DNA of 63,948 bases, counting the filler, from Dirinaria sp. TL-2023a (Eukaryota), in assembly GCA_051941275.1 (NCBI GenBank). It is 3 parts of 3 records of this genome, joined end to end, with 100 filler letters (N's around TTAATTAATTAA, not from the genome) between each part and the next. Parts side by side here need not be neighbours in the genome. Positions count along the whole stretch, not along the records: positions 21,562 to 42,988 come from JAVEBF010000258.1; 2 more parts are not named here. One strand, 5' to 3'. The notes under the pieces are model-generated. The model ran no database searches, had not been told where the DNA came from, and saw nothing but the letters and a program-made list of their open reading frames with translations. Made by a program: the position numbers and the translations under genes. Shown here piece by piece: positions 22,918 through 35,512 of the stretch. Numbering within the stretch: position 1 is the first letter of the stretch; the number at the start of each line of letters is the position of its first letter.

Positions 22918-23616
22918 GGCTAACAAAGCTGTTGGGAAAATGTGGAATCAAGGCGATTACTGCGTCATAAATAGGGTATCTCGGACACAGAGCGATGTCT
23001 TTGAGGCGATGGTATTGGCGAATCGCTCCAGTAGTGAAATGTTGAGGAAACTATAGAGGTCTGGTGGAAGGATTCACCTTTGAAACAAAGTGTCGACTAC
23101 AGTCCAGGAGCACCCAACAAGCCAACGCGCGAGTTTAGTGAGTCACGTGATTTCAGACAGCACATGGACCTTCACCAAGAGATTACTTGCTTCGATTCAA
23201 ATTTTCATATCAAGGTATCTTCGAGTCGTGTTCGCCTTCGATTAGCTGCCATTCTAGATTTGAGGGAACCAATATAATCTACGAAGCCTGCGCTCCTCGT
23301 CTGTATTGTAAACCGTGCAGATACGACTGTCGTAGTGATACGTGTAGGCTGCTACGGGGGCGGAGATGCAATGCTCCATGCCAATATGAAAATGTATCAA
23401 CGCTCACTTTCTATGATTATTTCTACCCGGCTAATGCTGTACACAAAGTGTGTGAAGAATGTGACACAGAAGGGGAATGCAGTAATTGTGCCAATTTACA
23501 TCGTGGTCGGGAGTGCGATCTTCAGATGATGCCTAAGGCTTGGAAGGAAGGTCCAGCTAGGAAATAGGAGAGCAGCAGCACCGATCTTCACATGAAATCG
23601 AGCCCATTGGCGACAG

Positions 23617-25541
23617 TCAAGCTGCCCGCCCGGCATCAACCCTTTCGCCAACAGCTCCCAAGTCCCCGGCCAATAAACGGTTGTAATGCTGAATCACCGG
23701 CTGTGGTATCGTCGATGCAGCTTCCGGTAGCGGATCGGGCATTGGTATCGGGTCTGCGTCGTATTCATCCGCAAGATACTCCTCGCTCTGCGTTCCTTGG
23801 TGCTGCATGGTACTCGGGTCCACTTGCTCCTGATCGTACTGTGGGTTGGAAGCAGCTGGTTGAGAGTGGGCTGTAGCGTTTTTGGCAGCGTTCTTGTTTC
23901 CCTTCTTCCCTTTCTTACCCTTCATTTTAGCCTTCTCCAGAAGCCTACGTTTTTCAGCAAGTCGCTTGCGTTCTCGGCGGTCCTTGATCTCGTATTGGCG
24001 CACCAAAGCTTCTGGGGGTGTACCAAATATGCTTTCATATTCACAGAACTCGCATATCCAGAGTTCTTCCTTGTTTGGAGGGTGGTGATAATTTTTATAT
24101 TCTTGTTGCATGCGTCGTCTACGTGCGTTGATGGCATACTGCCTTCCCGGTGGGCGGCGAGGCTTTCTGGGCTGTGCAGCAGCAGCTTGACCGGATCGAG
24201 CTTGTGCCGGAAGTTCTGAATGTGGCTGATTTGTCATCGTTGGACTCGTCTGTGTGCCCTGAGTCGAGAACCCTCTCTGGTATTGAGACGGTGCAGTAGG
24301 CATATTGTTTGCGGGTGGTGGAGTTTGATAAAGCGCAGCTGGGGAAGGGCTTTGCTGCTCGGGCCAAACCATACCTCTAGAAGAATCCGATTCGCAGGTA
24401 AAGGTGAACTGCGTCTTCGTAGAAGGAGGTTTGGTCGACTGTTGCTCTAGCAAGCTAACATTCTCTTGGCCTTTCGTCGGCGTACTGGGTGACGCAGCTG
24501 CGTTGGCAATAGCTGCAGATATTATACCTTGCTCAGGGTTGCTGTGTTGACCTTTTGATTAAGACAAGTTAGCCATGACTTTGCAAACAACATAAACGGC
24601 AAGGCATAAATACCTGGGTTTGCCAGCCCACCAGCAGATAAATAATCCCTTCTCTGCGGCGTACTTCGTACAGAGTGCAGTGCGTTCGAGCCATTCGTTG
24701 ATATTCCCAATGGACTGCGGCCACCCGGAATGCGAATTCCTGTGCGACCAAAGCGGCCTCTTCCAGCACCTGAAATGCCGGTTCCTGAAGAACCCGGAAA
24801 TACTGCTGATCCACCTGACCCGTAATATTGACCTACACCACCATCTCCTTCCACACGTGCTGTAGCATGATCACTACGTATATCCATCTGGGCCATATCG
24901 ATGGACAGTGAGGAATGGTGATTTCCAATGGACCCAGAAATCGGGATCTTTCGCTTCTTCTTATTGTTCGTATTCTCGAAGGAGTCGTAACCGTCCACAG
25001 GGTCAACGGACGAAGCCGCAAATTGTAGGTTTGACGGCTTTTGGTAGTTCGTGGTTTCTGAGCGATCCGACGCTCGTGAAATGTTGGTAGAGCTTGAGTC
25101 TGCATTACGGCGTTGCTCTTGGCCGCGCTTGAAGATGCCCAATCCATCTTCTTCGTCGCTCTCCTCAAGTTCGGTGCCTCTCAACGAATCTTCGTTCTGA
25201 GTAGCATTTCTACCACCTGCTAGATTGAAGCTCATACCAGGGGTCTCTCCACCCGAACCTCCGTTTACCCGTATGCCATTTGTGTAGGAGGATGCACCAC
25301 TGACTGGGAAGAAGAGGGACTTGGATGAGGGTGGTGCGGGTGGATACAGAATTGAATCTGCTTGCTCAGGCGATAACCGAGACCGTAAGGGTTTCTTAGG
25401 TAACGGACGGATAGGCCGGCCTGGGTAAATCGGGGACGTGGTTTCGAACATTGGGCCCGTCGGTGAGGGCGGTGAATATGCCGAGCCTGGAAATGCCCAA
25501 GAGAGCCCGAGGGTCAGCTTATTGCGTACATAGTTAAACAT
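23617..25541 (-). CDS. Conserved fungal hypothetical protein, largely disordered, with C-terminal 'WICEFCEYESIFG.PP' motif and basic coiled coil; 2 exons
   Basis: ORFs 24522-25550 and 23617-24453 are joined by a GT-AG intron near 24553-24613. Motifs include 'RPIRPLPK', 'NTNNKKKRKIP' and 'GIISAAIANA'. The start could instead be the ATG at 25451. Confidence 0.7.
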
Positions 25542-27084
25542 GATTTGCACGGTGTACAGATATGAAGACGAAGCGATGAAAGATTATGAGCAGTGCATAG
25601 AGGTGTTGATGTTTTTGTTATGACACGACGGCGTCGTCAGGTGTTGACAGTGAATGGGTGGTTGGCCTGGCGCGTGTAGCTCGTACCCATAATCGCGGTT
25701 GACATGGTGTCAGTCTACACCTCAAGTTCGTCACTAGCCAACAACCTGCAACCTTTTTATTTCACGCAAGTCTATCTTAAGGAACTTCTAGGAGTCTCTT
25801 AGGGACGGCGAGGGCGTAGCTTCGAATGACAGGCATCCTGACCGACAATGATTAGCTTTCTGATGGTCAATAGCGTACAGTCACTTGTGGTGCCAGATGG
25901 CTAAAGTCTTTTCAGAGCAGAATTGAGCTGCTACATTGCAGAGAAGTTGTTGCTGATTTGTAACTAGTGAAGGTTCTCATACCAAATCTATGACTGAGGT
26001 CCCGGCTTGTTACTCTTGGAAATCTGGATAAGGCCGGAGAGAAACGATCTAAGAAGACTTGCCAAATGCCCAGTTCCCTGCAAGAGATGGGATTCGAGGA
26101 GACAGAGTCATAATTGAACGTACGACCATGGTGGCTAGAGAAGCTGGACAGAGATACGGTAATCGATATTCCATACGCCATACCCCTTTCGAGCTGACAT
26201 ACCCGACAGGGCCAGCCGATGAGCCGAGCCAGCAATCTACCCCGAGTGAACCCTACAAGTACGCATTTCTATGTAGCCAGAGCTCTGAACAAAGCAGCTT
26301 CAGCCCCCTTACTATATATTCAATTGCTTTTTTTTTTGTTGTTGTCTTGCGATATGCGACAGCGGCATTTCAAGATGACTTAAATCCCTGATCCTCGAAC
26401 ATGGTACAATTGTCCCCTGCAAAATCATGATATTTCAATGTGTCTGCCGAGCCTACACAAGTATGTAAGGCCTTTGAAAAAACGTACACAAAGAAAAAGA
26501 TTTTCACACCTCGAGTGTTACTAGGCCACTTCGACTCAACTGCAATTTTTGATCTAGGATGATTTTCCCGCACCAAAGTCCCTTCTGAAGTTCGTCATGG
26601 CCAAATGATCAAGCTGTTTCATGAGAGCCTTTGTGAAAGAGGAACGGCTCTAACTGTGTTTGACTAGCGCCGGAGCTATGGGGTTTTATTCCGATGGGCC
26701 TTGGCATTAAACAACGGCTGGCGCGAATGCCGGCGATTCACATTCGAGCGTGGGCTCCGTCTCCTCCCATTCAGATTCACTGCCCTGAGCTGCTTGACCT
26801 CCTCTGCCACCCCTTTCCACAGATCATCTGCAGTTCACTCTATCTTTAGATCAATCGATTACATACGCAACCGTTGCAGGCCCAAATCGTTCTCTATCAG
26901 TATCTCTCCTGCTCGAGATGTCAAGAGCCCCTCGAGGGCACACTTCTTCCACACCTCAATCTGAGATCAACAGAAGCAAAGACCTGCTCGTGTGGTATAT
27001 GTACTACGACTGCGCAAATCTCACATCTTAGCCTAGCCCCTCTTCCGCTATGACCCTGCCATAACAGTGGTCTTCAAGCCAGCA

Positions 27085-29045
27085 ATGTCTTCTCGACGAT
27101 CGCTACGCGCGGGCTCGAAGCCCAATCCCTCTTCACAGCAGCAGTCTAATTCTTCGGCTTCTTCATCCTCATCAGGCCGCCCAGATCGCAGCGCGCGTTC
27201 TCATCAAAAGGCTTTGTCACCCAGAAGCTCGGTCGCACCGCGACCGTTGTCTTCGGAAGAAGCCGAGGGCTCCGCCAAGCTATCATCGCGCAGGACCAGG
27301 AGCCAGGATGATGCCAAAACCGAAGCCGTGGAGCGCATCGAGGACGAAGGTGACGAAGAGGACGAAGAGGAGGTCACACGATGCATATGCGGTAACATAG
27401 AGTATCCTGGATTGCCGGTTCTACCTTCGGGCTCCAAGGGCGGCAACAGGATCAATGGCGTAGGGGATTCGGCAGTGGCTCTACAAGAAGACACTGGAGG
27501 GCTTTTCATTCAATGCGACATCTGCAAAGTCTGGCAGCATGGTGGTTGTGTGGGCATCATGGACGAAGCCATGTGCCCTGACGAATACTTTTGCGAACAG
27601 TGCCGCAAAGATCTGCATAAAGTCACCACGTCGGTGACTGGGTATGTGTCCAAAATGGGGCATAGACACTCCTAGCTGACCAATTATACAGGCAAAGATA
27701 CTCTCGTTACCTTCCAGTGCAGGAGCCAGGCTCCTCGAAATCCTCCCCCATGCCTCCCGCTCAAGAAAACAAGAAACCAAAAGACAGACTATCTCGTTCA
27801 AATACCGAGCATCTAGCTGGCAAGCGTCGATCCACGATGAACAGCCGCGACTCAGCGTACGACGAAGCCGAGCAACTTCGAAGAGCGATCGAGGAAAGCA
27901 AGAAAGAAGCAGTGTCGAGTGCAGAAACCGGTACACGACGGCGCAAGAGAAGCCGGAGCGATAGTGACGAGTAAGTTCGAAATGCTATATCGGTGTGAAC
28001 CGGGTTAACAAATCCCAAAGAAGGAAAGAAGATAGCAAGCGCCAACGAACCGCCTCCAGACCCTCATCCACCCCATCTGAAAGTAAAACCCTACTCCCAA
28101 ATGCCGAGTCTGCAGAAGAAGAAGCAGACAATACTGCAAAACCAGAGGGCGGCAATAAAATACGCGGTGCTGCGGCACGAAATCACCGAGCAAAAGAACT
28201 ACGCGAGCGCGAAGAGAAGCGCGAGCAAGAAAAAGCAGAGGCGGCTGGCAGACGGAAAGTGCGCTCGGAGCGGCGGCGAGGCGAAGGCAAGAATATTAAC
28301 CTTTTTCCCCAAGAAAACCACCTCAATTGACTCTCCAAGCACAGATTCCGACCCGTCAGAAGAACCTCTGTCACGTACCACGTCCAAGCAACGCGCCGAC
28401 ATCCTCCCTCCAACCTCCCCAACAGTCCCCAAAGCCTCGCATAAGAAAACCGGCCGTCCGCCAGCGCGCCGCGGCAAGGTCGGACGAAACCAATACACGC
28501 GGGACCCCGATCCACCGGCTGAATCGAACACATCGCCCGCACGCTCCAATTCGGCTGGGGCCGAGTCCGGGACACCGCACGTGAACGGCACGCACTCGCC
28601 GCACATCAAGAACGGCAACAACAAGGAGGCCGCCGCCGCCGCCGCCGCTACCGAAAGCGGTGCCGGTGCCGGTGCCAAACCCCGCTCGAAACACCTGCAC
28701 CCGAACAAAACCACCATGACGGACATGAAACGCCGCGTGGCCGCGATCCTGGAATTCATCTCCCACACCCAAGTCGAGATGGCGGCGCATTACTCCGACA
28801 CGGGGAACCGGCACTCCAGCAGCAACCCCACCCCGCCGGACAGTGGCGGCAGGTCTACGAGGAGCGGGAAAGAGACGAACGGGAACAATGCGAATGCGTC
28901 AGGGACGATGCTGCAGAAACTTCTCGATGGGCAGGGGATTCTTGATGATGAGGATGGAGCGGCGTTCGCGAAGCTGAGTAGTGTGGAGATGATGGAGGTT
29001 TTGACGAGACGGCTGATGCGCTGGCAGGGGGAGTATGGGAAATGA
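27085..29045 (+). CDS. cti6: PHD-finger histone deacetylase complex subunit Cti6-like; multi-exon
   Basis: PHD finger 'VTRCICG...FIQCDICKVWQHGGCVG...YFCEQC', plus 'RRSTMNSR', 'EQLRRAIEESK' and the C-terminal 'MKRRVAAILEFISHTQVEMA...LTRRLMRWQ.EYG'. Confidence 0.85.
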
Positions 29046-30284
29046 GGAGGAATTCTACCTTACTCCAGGCTCCCATGAAATATTATTAGGACAACGGGGG
29101 CCGGGGAGGGGGGTTAGTCATTTGTTCTTCATAGCTGTTGCACAATTGTCATCGTCATCGTCATCAAAGGAGGAGGAAGAAAGAAGAGCATGGCTTGCTT
29201 CTTTCTCCGCCCCCGGTTTTATGTGATTATTTTTATGTGTATAATAATGCATTTTCACCAAAAAAAAAAAAAAGAAAGGAAAAGCGATGAAGATGAACAT
29301 CAAACATTTTAGGAAACAAAAACCCAAAAACCAAAATCCATTATATATATATTTCTACATGCACCACCAGGTTCAAAAACCTTGGCCATACCTATTCTCC
29401 GCGACTCTGTATTTCCTACCTGATGTGGGGGGATTAGGGAATGCAACTATTAGTCTTACTTAATTTGCCTCTTGATGGGACATACTGTACATACATGATT
29501 ACCTTTCCGTGAAAATAACAGCGATGAGGTGGTGAAGTAGGTTAAGTTAGGTCCCCTTTTTCTACCTAGGAACCGCACTGCAAGATATGGAGATCAACAG
29601 TGTCTTAAATCCTAAGGAGAGAGCTGTACAAGCAGCGATCGAAGCACATATTGTTGGAAGGAAGATTTCTGTGGTCGTGGTGGTGTTGAAGGCTTTTTTG
29701 TATTGTAAGACTAGGAAGGACTCATCTAAAGCTACCATAACTAATAGATTATTGAATGGATCCCTTCTCTTTTCTTTTTTTTGGATAAGGCAGGGGTTTT
29801 CTGTCCCGCCTGGTATGAGCATCCACAACCTTCCAGATGCATTGAGTCGCATCATTTTATCCGTCCGCATGTCGGATCAAAGTATCATGGCTTTACTCCT
29901 TGTTGCCCAAGACCCACACTCATAGTGCTAATGGTGACTCCCATCTCTTTCCGGATATTTTCTTTGCTCCGACTGGTGCAGGTATGGTTTGTGCGTGTGT
30001 ATTGTGTCTCGTACCTGAACGAAATCCACGCTATGCAACATGTAGCAGAACAAGGAAGAATGCACGAATGAGCACTGGTGCTCGAAATACTGAAGGACTA
30101 AAGGAAAATTGAAAAGGGCGGGATTTGGGGGGAGAGTGTTGTCGGTTGAGTAGATGGATGAGTGCCGAGAAAAGTCCATCAAAAAACGCAGCAACATGCG
30201 CAGATTGATGCAATGCAACAATCTGACAATGTGTTACGAGCCCGAAACTGGCGCCAGAGCAATGCGGCAAGCTTACACACGGGT

Positions 30285-33200
30285 TTACAGGGGCAAGATT
30301 TTGGTTTTATCTCCGAGAAATCTTGCACGGTAAGCAATTATTTCTGCGGCCACAGTGTTGAAATCTCGGATGTGTCTGGCGCGGATATCGCGAATGACCT
30401 CGCGAAGGCCTCTGCTGTACGCATCTTGCTCGTGAGAAAGGCCTGCGGGAGCGGCTCCGAGTTGAACGAGGATCTTATCATCTGCGATGGTTAGAGACCC
30501 TATGTCAGCTCTCGGACTACCAGCGGAAAAGACAATAGAGAACGAGAATGCTGGTCTGGAACATCGACAACGAGATAGAAAATCGCAGATAAGGCCGGAA
30601 TTCACAAATACTTGATCTTGTTCAACGCACCACTCAGCTTAATGCTCCTCAAATGCTGATACCTGCAAGAATCGTCATTGCAGGTCCCCAATAGCTCATA
30701 AGGGCACATTGGCTTCTCAGCATCGATATCATGACTGTACGTCAAAGAGCGAAAACCATCTACAACGTTGTGAGCATATTCAGGATGGTAACGGTAGGAC
30801 CTGAAATGCTTTAAAGGGCTCTCGTAGGGGGTAAAATGACTGGCCTTAGGTTCGAAATCGGCTAGTGGCTGCTCACAAAATCAGCACCACGCCCTGGGAA
30901 TGAGAGGCATCCAACCTTTTGTATGGACGGCTGGTCACCCATCGCTTGGTTGTCGATTGATCGCTGAAGTCCTGAAGATGTTTGTTGACTCGGACCTGTA
31001 GTTTGAGCATTGCCTGGCGGAACATGAATGGACTCTGTAGGCTTTGGTTTGACTGCCTGCTCACGTGAACTTACAGACCATGATTCTTTGGGCGATACGG
31101 GTTCTGGCGGTTCGTAGTCTTCGGACCCGGTGCTCATGTCATTGGAGGGAGATTGATCGCGGGACAAGTCTGGTATCTGATCTGCCTTATCATACTCATT
31201 TAACGAAGGACTAGCTTCGCCCGTGGTGATAAGTGATTTGGCATGATCGTAGACAGCGGGCGTACCAGATAGTTCTGACTGTCGACTGCCTTCGCGCGAA
31301 GCCAATGAAGATTGTGCTCTTTCATCAATGACGGGCGGTGGCTCGTAAAGGTCTTCATGTTCGAGAGATTTTGTCTCTGGTTCTCGAGTATCCAGGGCTC
31401 TATGACTGCAATCAGGAATCTCGCCCTCGTCGATGTCGCTCTGAGAGATGTCCATCGTGTCTTCTGCCACCTCCCCATCGACTGGTGGATCTGAAATGCT
31501 TGTCGACACTGTCTCAAGGTCTGGACGCCTCTGGGCTGGTGAAGTCTCATGCTGACCTAATGTTGAGGACTTTGCATCATCGTCCGTTCTTTGAGATGTT
31601 GCGCTTGGAGACCCTAGAGGCACGTTGGCAAATATCACAAACTTAGACTAGTCTTTGAATGTCGCTTTGAAGCGGCAAACCATTTTCTTCTTTTAGGCAA
31701 AGTAAAAGGGCTAAAGCTGGGACTTACCTTCGGTGTTTGATTTGGTGATTTCGCCCTCGTTGATGTCTCCTTGACGATGACCCCGCTCTATATTTACAGA
31801 TACAAGCACTGTTGCCTCTAGGCTTTGGAGCTCCTCAAGTAGGTTACGTCTACCTTCTATACCTCGTTCCAACTCCAACTCAAGCTCCCGAACCTGTTGT
31901 TTGAGTAGGTGGAGTTTTTGCTGGGTCTTGTCCACTTCGGCATCCAGAATAGGAAGCCCAGCCTCGATCGCTGCCTTTCGTTCGAGGTCCTGTTGTCGCT
32001 GGGCCATTACTTGGGCTTCGACAGCTTGCTGCCGTTCTGCACTGAGTCTAGCAAGCTCCATGCTCTCATTGCGCTGTTGCTCAAGATCTCTAAGCCTCTC
32101 TTCCTCAATCTGCGTTGCTCTTTGTTCTATTTCGCGAGCTTGTCGGTCTTCGAGCTCTTGGGCTCGGTTCTGTTCGATTTCTGCGAGTTGCCGTGCCTCT
32201 AAGTCTTGCAATCGCTTACCTTCAGCCTGCTCCAAGCGCCCAGTCGCAATTGCAGTCTCTCGCTCCTGCTCAACATGCTTTAAGCTGGCTTCCTCAGACG
32301 AACGGTCCGGTTCGGTAGCTGCCATGGCTTCAGCAGTACTAATATTAGCTTCGTCATTGATTGAAGGCTCTGTGATGCGAGATGGCTGCTCTTCGTAGAC
32401 TTGGGTTGATTGGTCTTTCTCTGATGTATCTGGCACAACTTGACCCAAATTTGGGGAAATTGACTTTGCCCCTACTGCAGTGGGTGTCTGAGCACGACTT
32501 GATGATTGTTTGGCTCTTCGCCGCTGCTCTAGCTCCGCAATCTTTCGGTTCATCAGTTCAATCTTCTTTTCCATGGAGTTGAGACCGTCTAAGCTTGCGA
32601 CTTTCCCTGAAGTATGCGCAAGTGGCGGTGTCATAGTGAGATTTGCAATGTGCTTGAGACTATCGGAGCCTTGTCGCTCAAGCCTACGATCCTTCTGCTG
32701 CGAGCTGACGCTATTGATGACTGACCTTTCGCGCGTATCACCAGACACATCGTGTTCAGTATCAATTTCCATACGCATGTCGTCGCCTTCAGGCCCATCA
32801 AATGCTTCGTCATCACTGACTTCGATCACCACGCCAACATCTTTGCTACTCCCAAGATGTCGCTTGATGCGGGTTGATGGCGGGTCTAGAAAATCAGCAG
32901 CCTTATGCCGCTTCCTTGCGCTATTGGTGAGCTGCCTGTTACCAGCGTTGACCTCTAAGGTTTCTTCGACAAGGGTTGGCTTCGATGTGACGCCAAGTAT
33001 AGGGACAGGGGACCTTCGAACTTCTTGCATGGAAGAATCTGAGGGTGAGTGAGACCTTGAACCTGCAACGCCACTTAACGACTGGACCGCGGGCTGCGCT
33101 TGGGCTCCAAGTGCAATGAAAGGCTGTGGCGGTGTCTCGTCGATCAATTGTCCATTGGAAATGAAGAGACCGGGAAGGTTAAATGGCTCCTTGCCAGAGA

Positions 33201-34863
33201 TGGGGAAGAAATACGAAGGTTGCGGAGCAGGTATATGCTCTTTCGCATTGGCAGGGACTGATGAATGGCTTGCTTGAGCGGCCGCAGTCTGTGGGAAGCT
33301 AGAAGTTGGTGGCTGGACCGTGACGGCGATCTGGCTGTTTTGGAGCTTCAGGTCCTTTCGCTGCAGGTGCTCACGATTCTTCAGCGCCTCCATCTTTTGG
33401 CGTGCTAACTCAGTTTGTGCTTTCTTCTTCGCTTCAGCATCGGTTCGTTCAAGCTCTGGCCGGATAGTTCCGGTATTATGGCTGCCATAAACATTATCCG
33501 AGGCGTTGGTCTTCACTTTGTTTACACGCGGTTCAGTGATGGGAGAGCGTTGCAGGACAACCTTCGGATCCGGCGGCCTTTCGACGACTGTGCTTTCATT
33601 TCGAGGCTGTGCGGTTTTGGAAGTCGCCAAAGAGTCGTCAGCTGAGGGTGGTATAGTGTTCAGACTCGATTTTGGTGACGGACTGGCTAGAGAGGTGCCC
33701 TCAACATGAGATTGTGATTTATTAGATTTGGCTGCTAGCATCCGCGCTATATAGTCCTTTCGATCGAAGGACTTCTCGCCAGATTTTGCACTCTTTGGAA
33801 TGGCTGCGATGCTTGCAGGGGTGATCACTTGATTCCTGGATGCTGCGTTTGAAGCAGGTAGGGGCTTGACCGTCTGAGCCGGAGCTTTGGTAGATTTGGT
33901 TTCCGTGCTGTGGGTCACACGTGACTCAGATGCGCCATCGTTTTTGGGAGATAAAAGCGCTGTGTTATGATCAACATCGCTTCTGGAGCTATGCTCCGTT
34001 GCCTGTTCAGTGGTTGCCGGCGCTGAGGACGTGTTTAGGTTTTCTAAACGTCTCCCAATTTGCTGTGCCCCGATCTCGTTTCCTGATCCATTTCGCCCAA
34101 GTCTGGCTTGCAGAGCTGATGCAACCGCCATGTCCGATGAGCTTATTGATATACCAATCTCAGAATAGAGCTGCTTTAAGAATGATGGGGAGGAGCCTTC
34201 TAGAACGATGTCTGGCAGGACCTCGAGGAACCCGATCTTATTCTCATACAACTGATGTAATGCGTCTTTTGCTATGACGCGTTTCCGTTCTGTTTCAAGC
34301 TTGGCTTCCTCTGAAACGGAGCCCCTATCACTGAGCTCTCCATCCTCGAGGTCCGACATAGCGGCAGGATCGAGAGCTGGCTGATCAGGCGTCTTCCCGA
34401 TTGGCTCATGCAGCTGGATGGTGCTGTTATGAATCTGTGAAGCGAGCTTGTTGGGGGTCCGTTCGGTAACAACACCCTTCCCAGAGAATTGCCTTTGAAG
34501 CGAATCCGATCTAGAGAAACTCGCAGGCGTGGTATTAGATACAGAAGCTGAGCCATGAGGTTGTCTCGTGGCGTTCGAAGACGAAAGGTGACCAAGAGGA
34601 AGGGGAACTTTCGTCGCACTAGTGGCAGCCGACGGTGGGTTCGAATCCTGCCTGTTCGCATCGAACGAGTACACATTTGTATGTTGGCCTGGCCCTTGCA
34701 CGTTGGACAGAGGCAGATGGCCCTGAGGTATTACGTTGTGGGATGGCGGGTAGTTATACTGAGTATTCCCTGAGGGCATGCTAAAAGGATGGTGAGGATA
34801 CTGGACGTTGTGCATGAAGGAAGGCCCCAGGTGAGGTGAGGACGGCGGGAGGTAGTTAGACAT
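30285..34863 (-). CDS. red1: Red1/ZFC3H1-like zf-C3H1 protein (nuclear exosome targeting, MTREC/NURS-type); 4 exons
   Basis: A long disordered and coiled-coil N-terminus (1050-aa and 258-aa ORFs) is followed by a hand-spliced exon 'FTPYESPLKHFRSYRYHP...RSLTYSHDIDAEKPMCPYELLGTCNDDSCRYQH' (C3H1 zinc finger, ~30630-30868) and a last exon 'DDKILVQLG...KILPL*'. Confidence 0.8.
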
Positions 34864-35299
34864 TACGAGATATTAGTACTTAGTTTTGCGATCTTACTGG
34901 TGTCAGAATTCGCGTGTCGGTTAAGGCATGAGTTGTGGTACAGTGAGGTGAAGGTGGCTAACACCTCGGGCAAGTAAGGTAGTGGAGAAAATTAAAAATG
35001 TGTAAGAGTCCAACATCAACAGACCCGTGTTGACCTGTAGACTATAGGGAGCGGTAGGATATCGGCGATAGATATAAGGAACGAATACTAGTAGTACAGG
35101 CACCTGCGACGATGGCGCGAGGGGAATCGACAGTCACTACCAAAGGGTCAAAGTCAGGTAATAAATGTAGGACTGTGAATGGAAGACTCGAGGAAGGTTC
35201 GCTGGTTGCTCTCGGCTAAATTGACCCTCGGCGGCGGCAAATCTAGCCAATCGGCAGAAAGATTCCGAGCTCCGATCCTTGTTGCAGATCATTGCAGGT

Positions 35300-35384
35300 G
35301 TAAACAAATCAACATACGAGTCTGCGTGTAGTAGTCGTGAGTTTGCAAGAGCGATCCGGTGACTGCACAGTTCTGTATATTTAC
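35300..35384. promoter_or_regulatory. Two putative Forkhead (Fkh1/2, Sep1-type) sites upstream of the myosin II gene
   Basis: GTAAACAAA at 35300-35308 and TATTTAC (reverse complement GTAAATA) at 35378-35384, within ~210 bp of the ATG. Mitotic and cytokinesis genes are Forkhead targets in yeasts. This is a motif match only. Confidence 0.4.
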
Positions 35385-35512
35385 AGTGTTCTTGTTTGGT
35401 TCAAGTTCGTGCAGATCCTTGAATATGTCTCTCCTTGCCGTTCTTTGATAATTGCGACTTCGTCACTAGAGCTCAGGTGAGATTTTCTGGCAGCAGGGCC
35501 ATCAGCAGAGAT

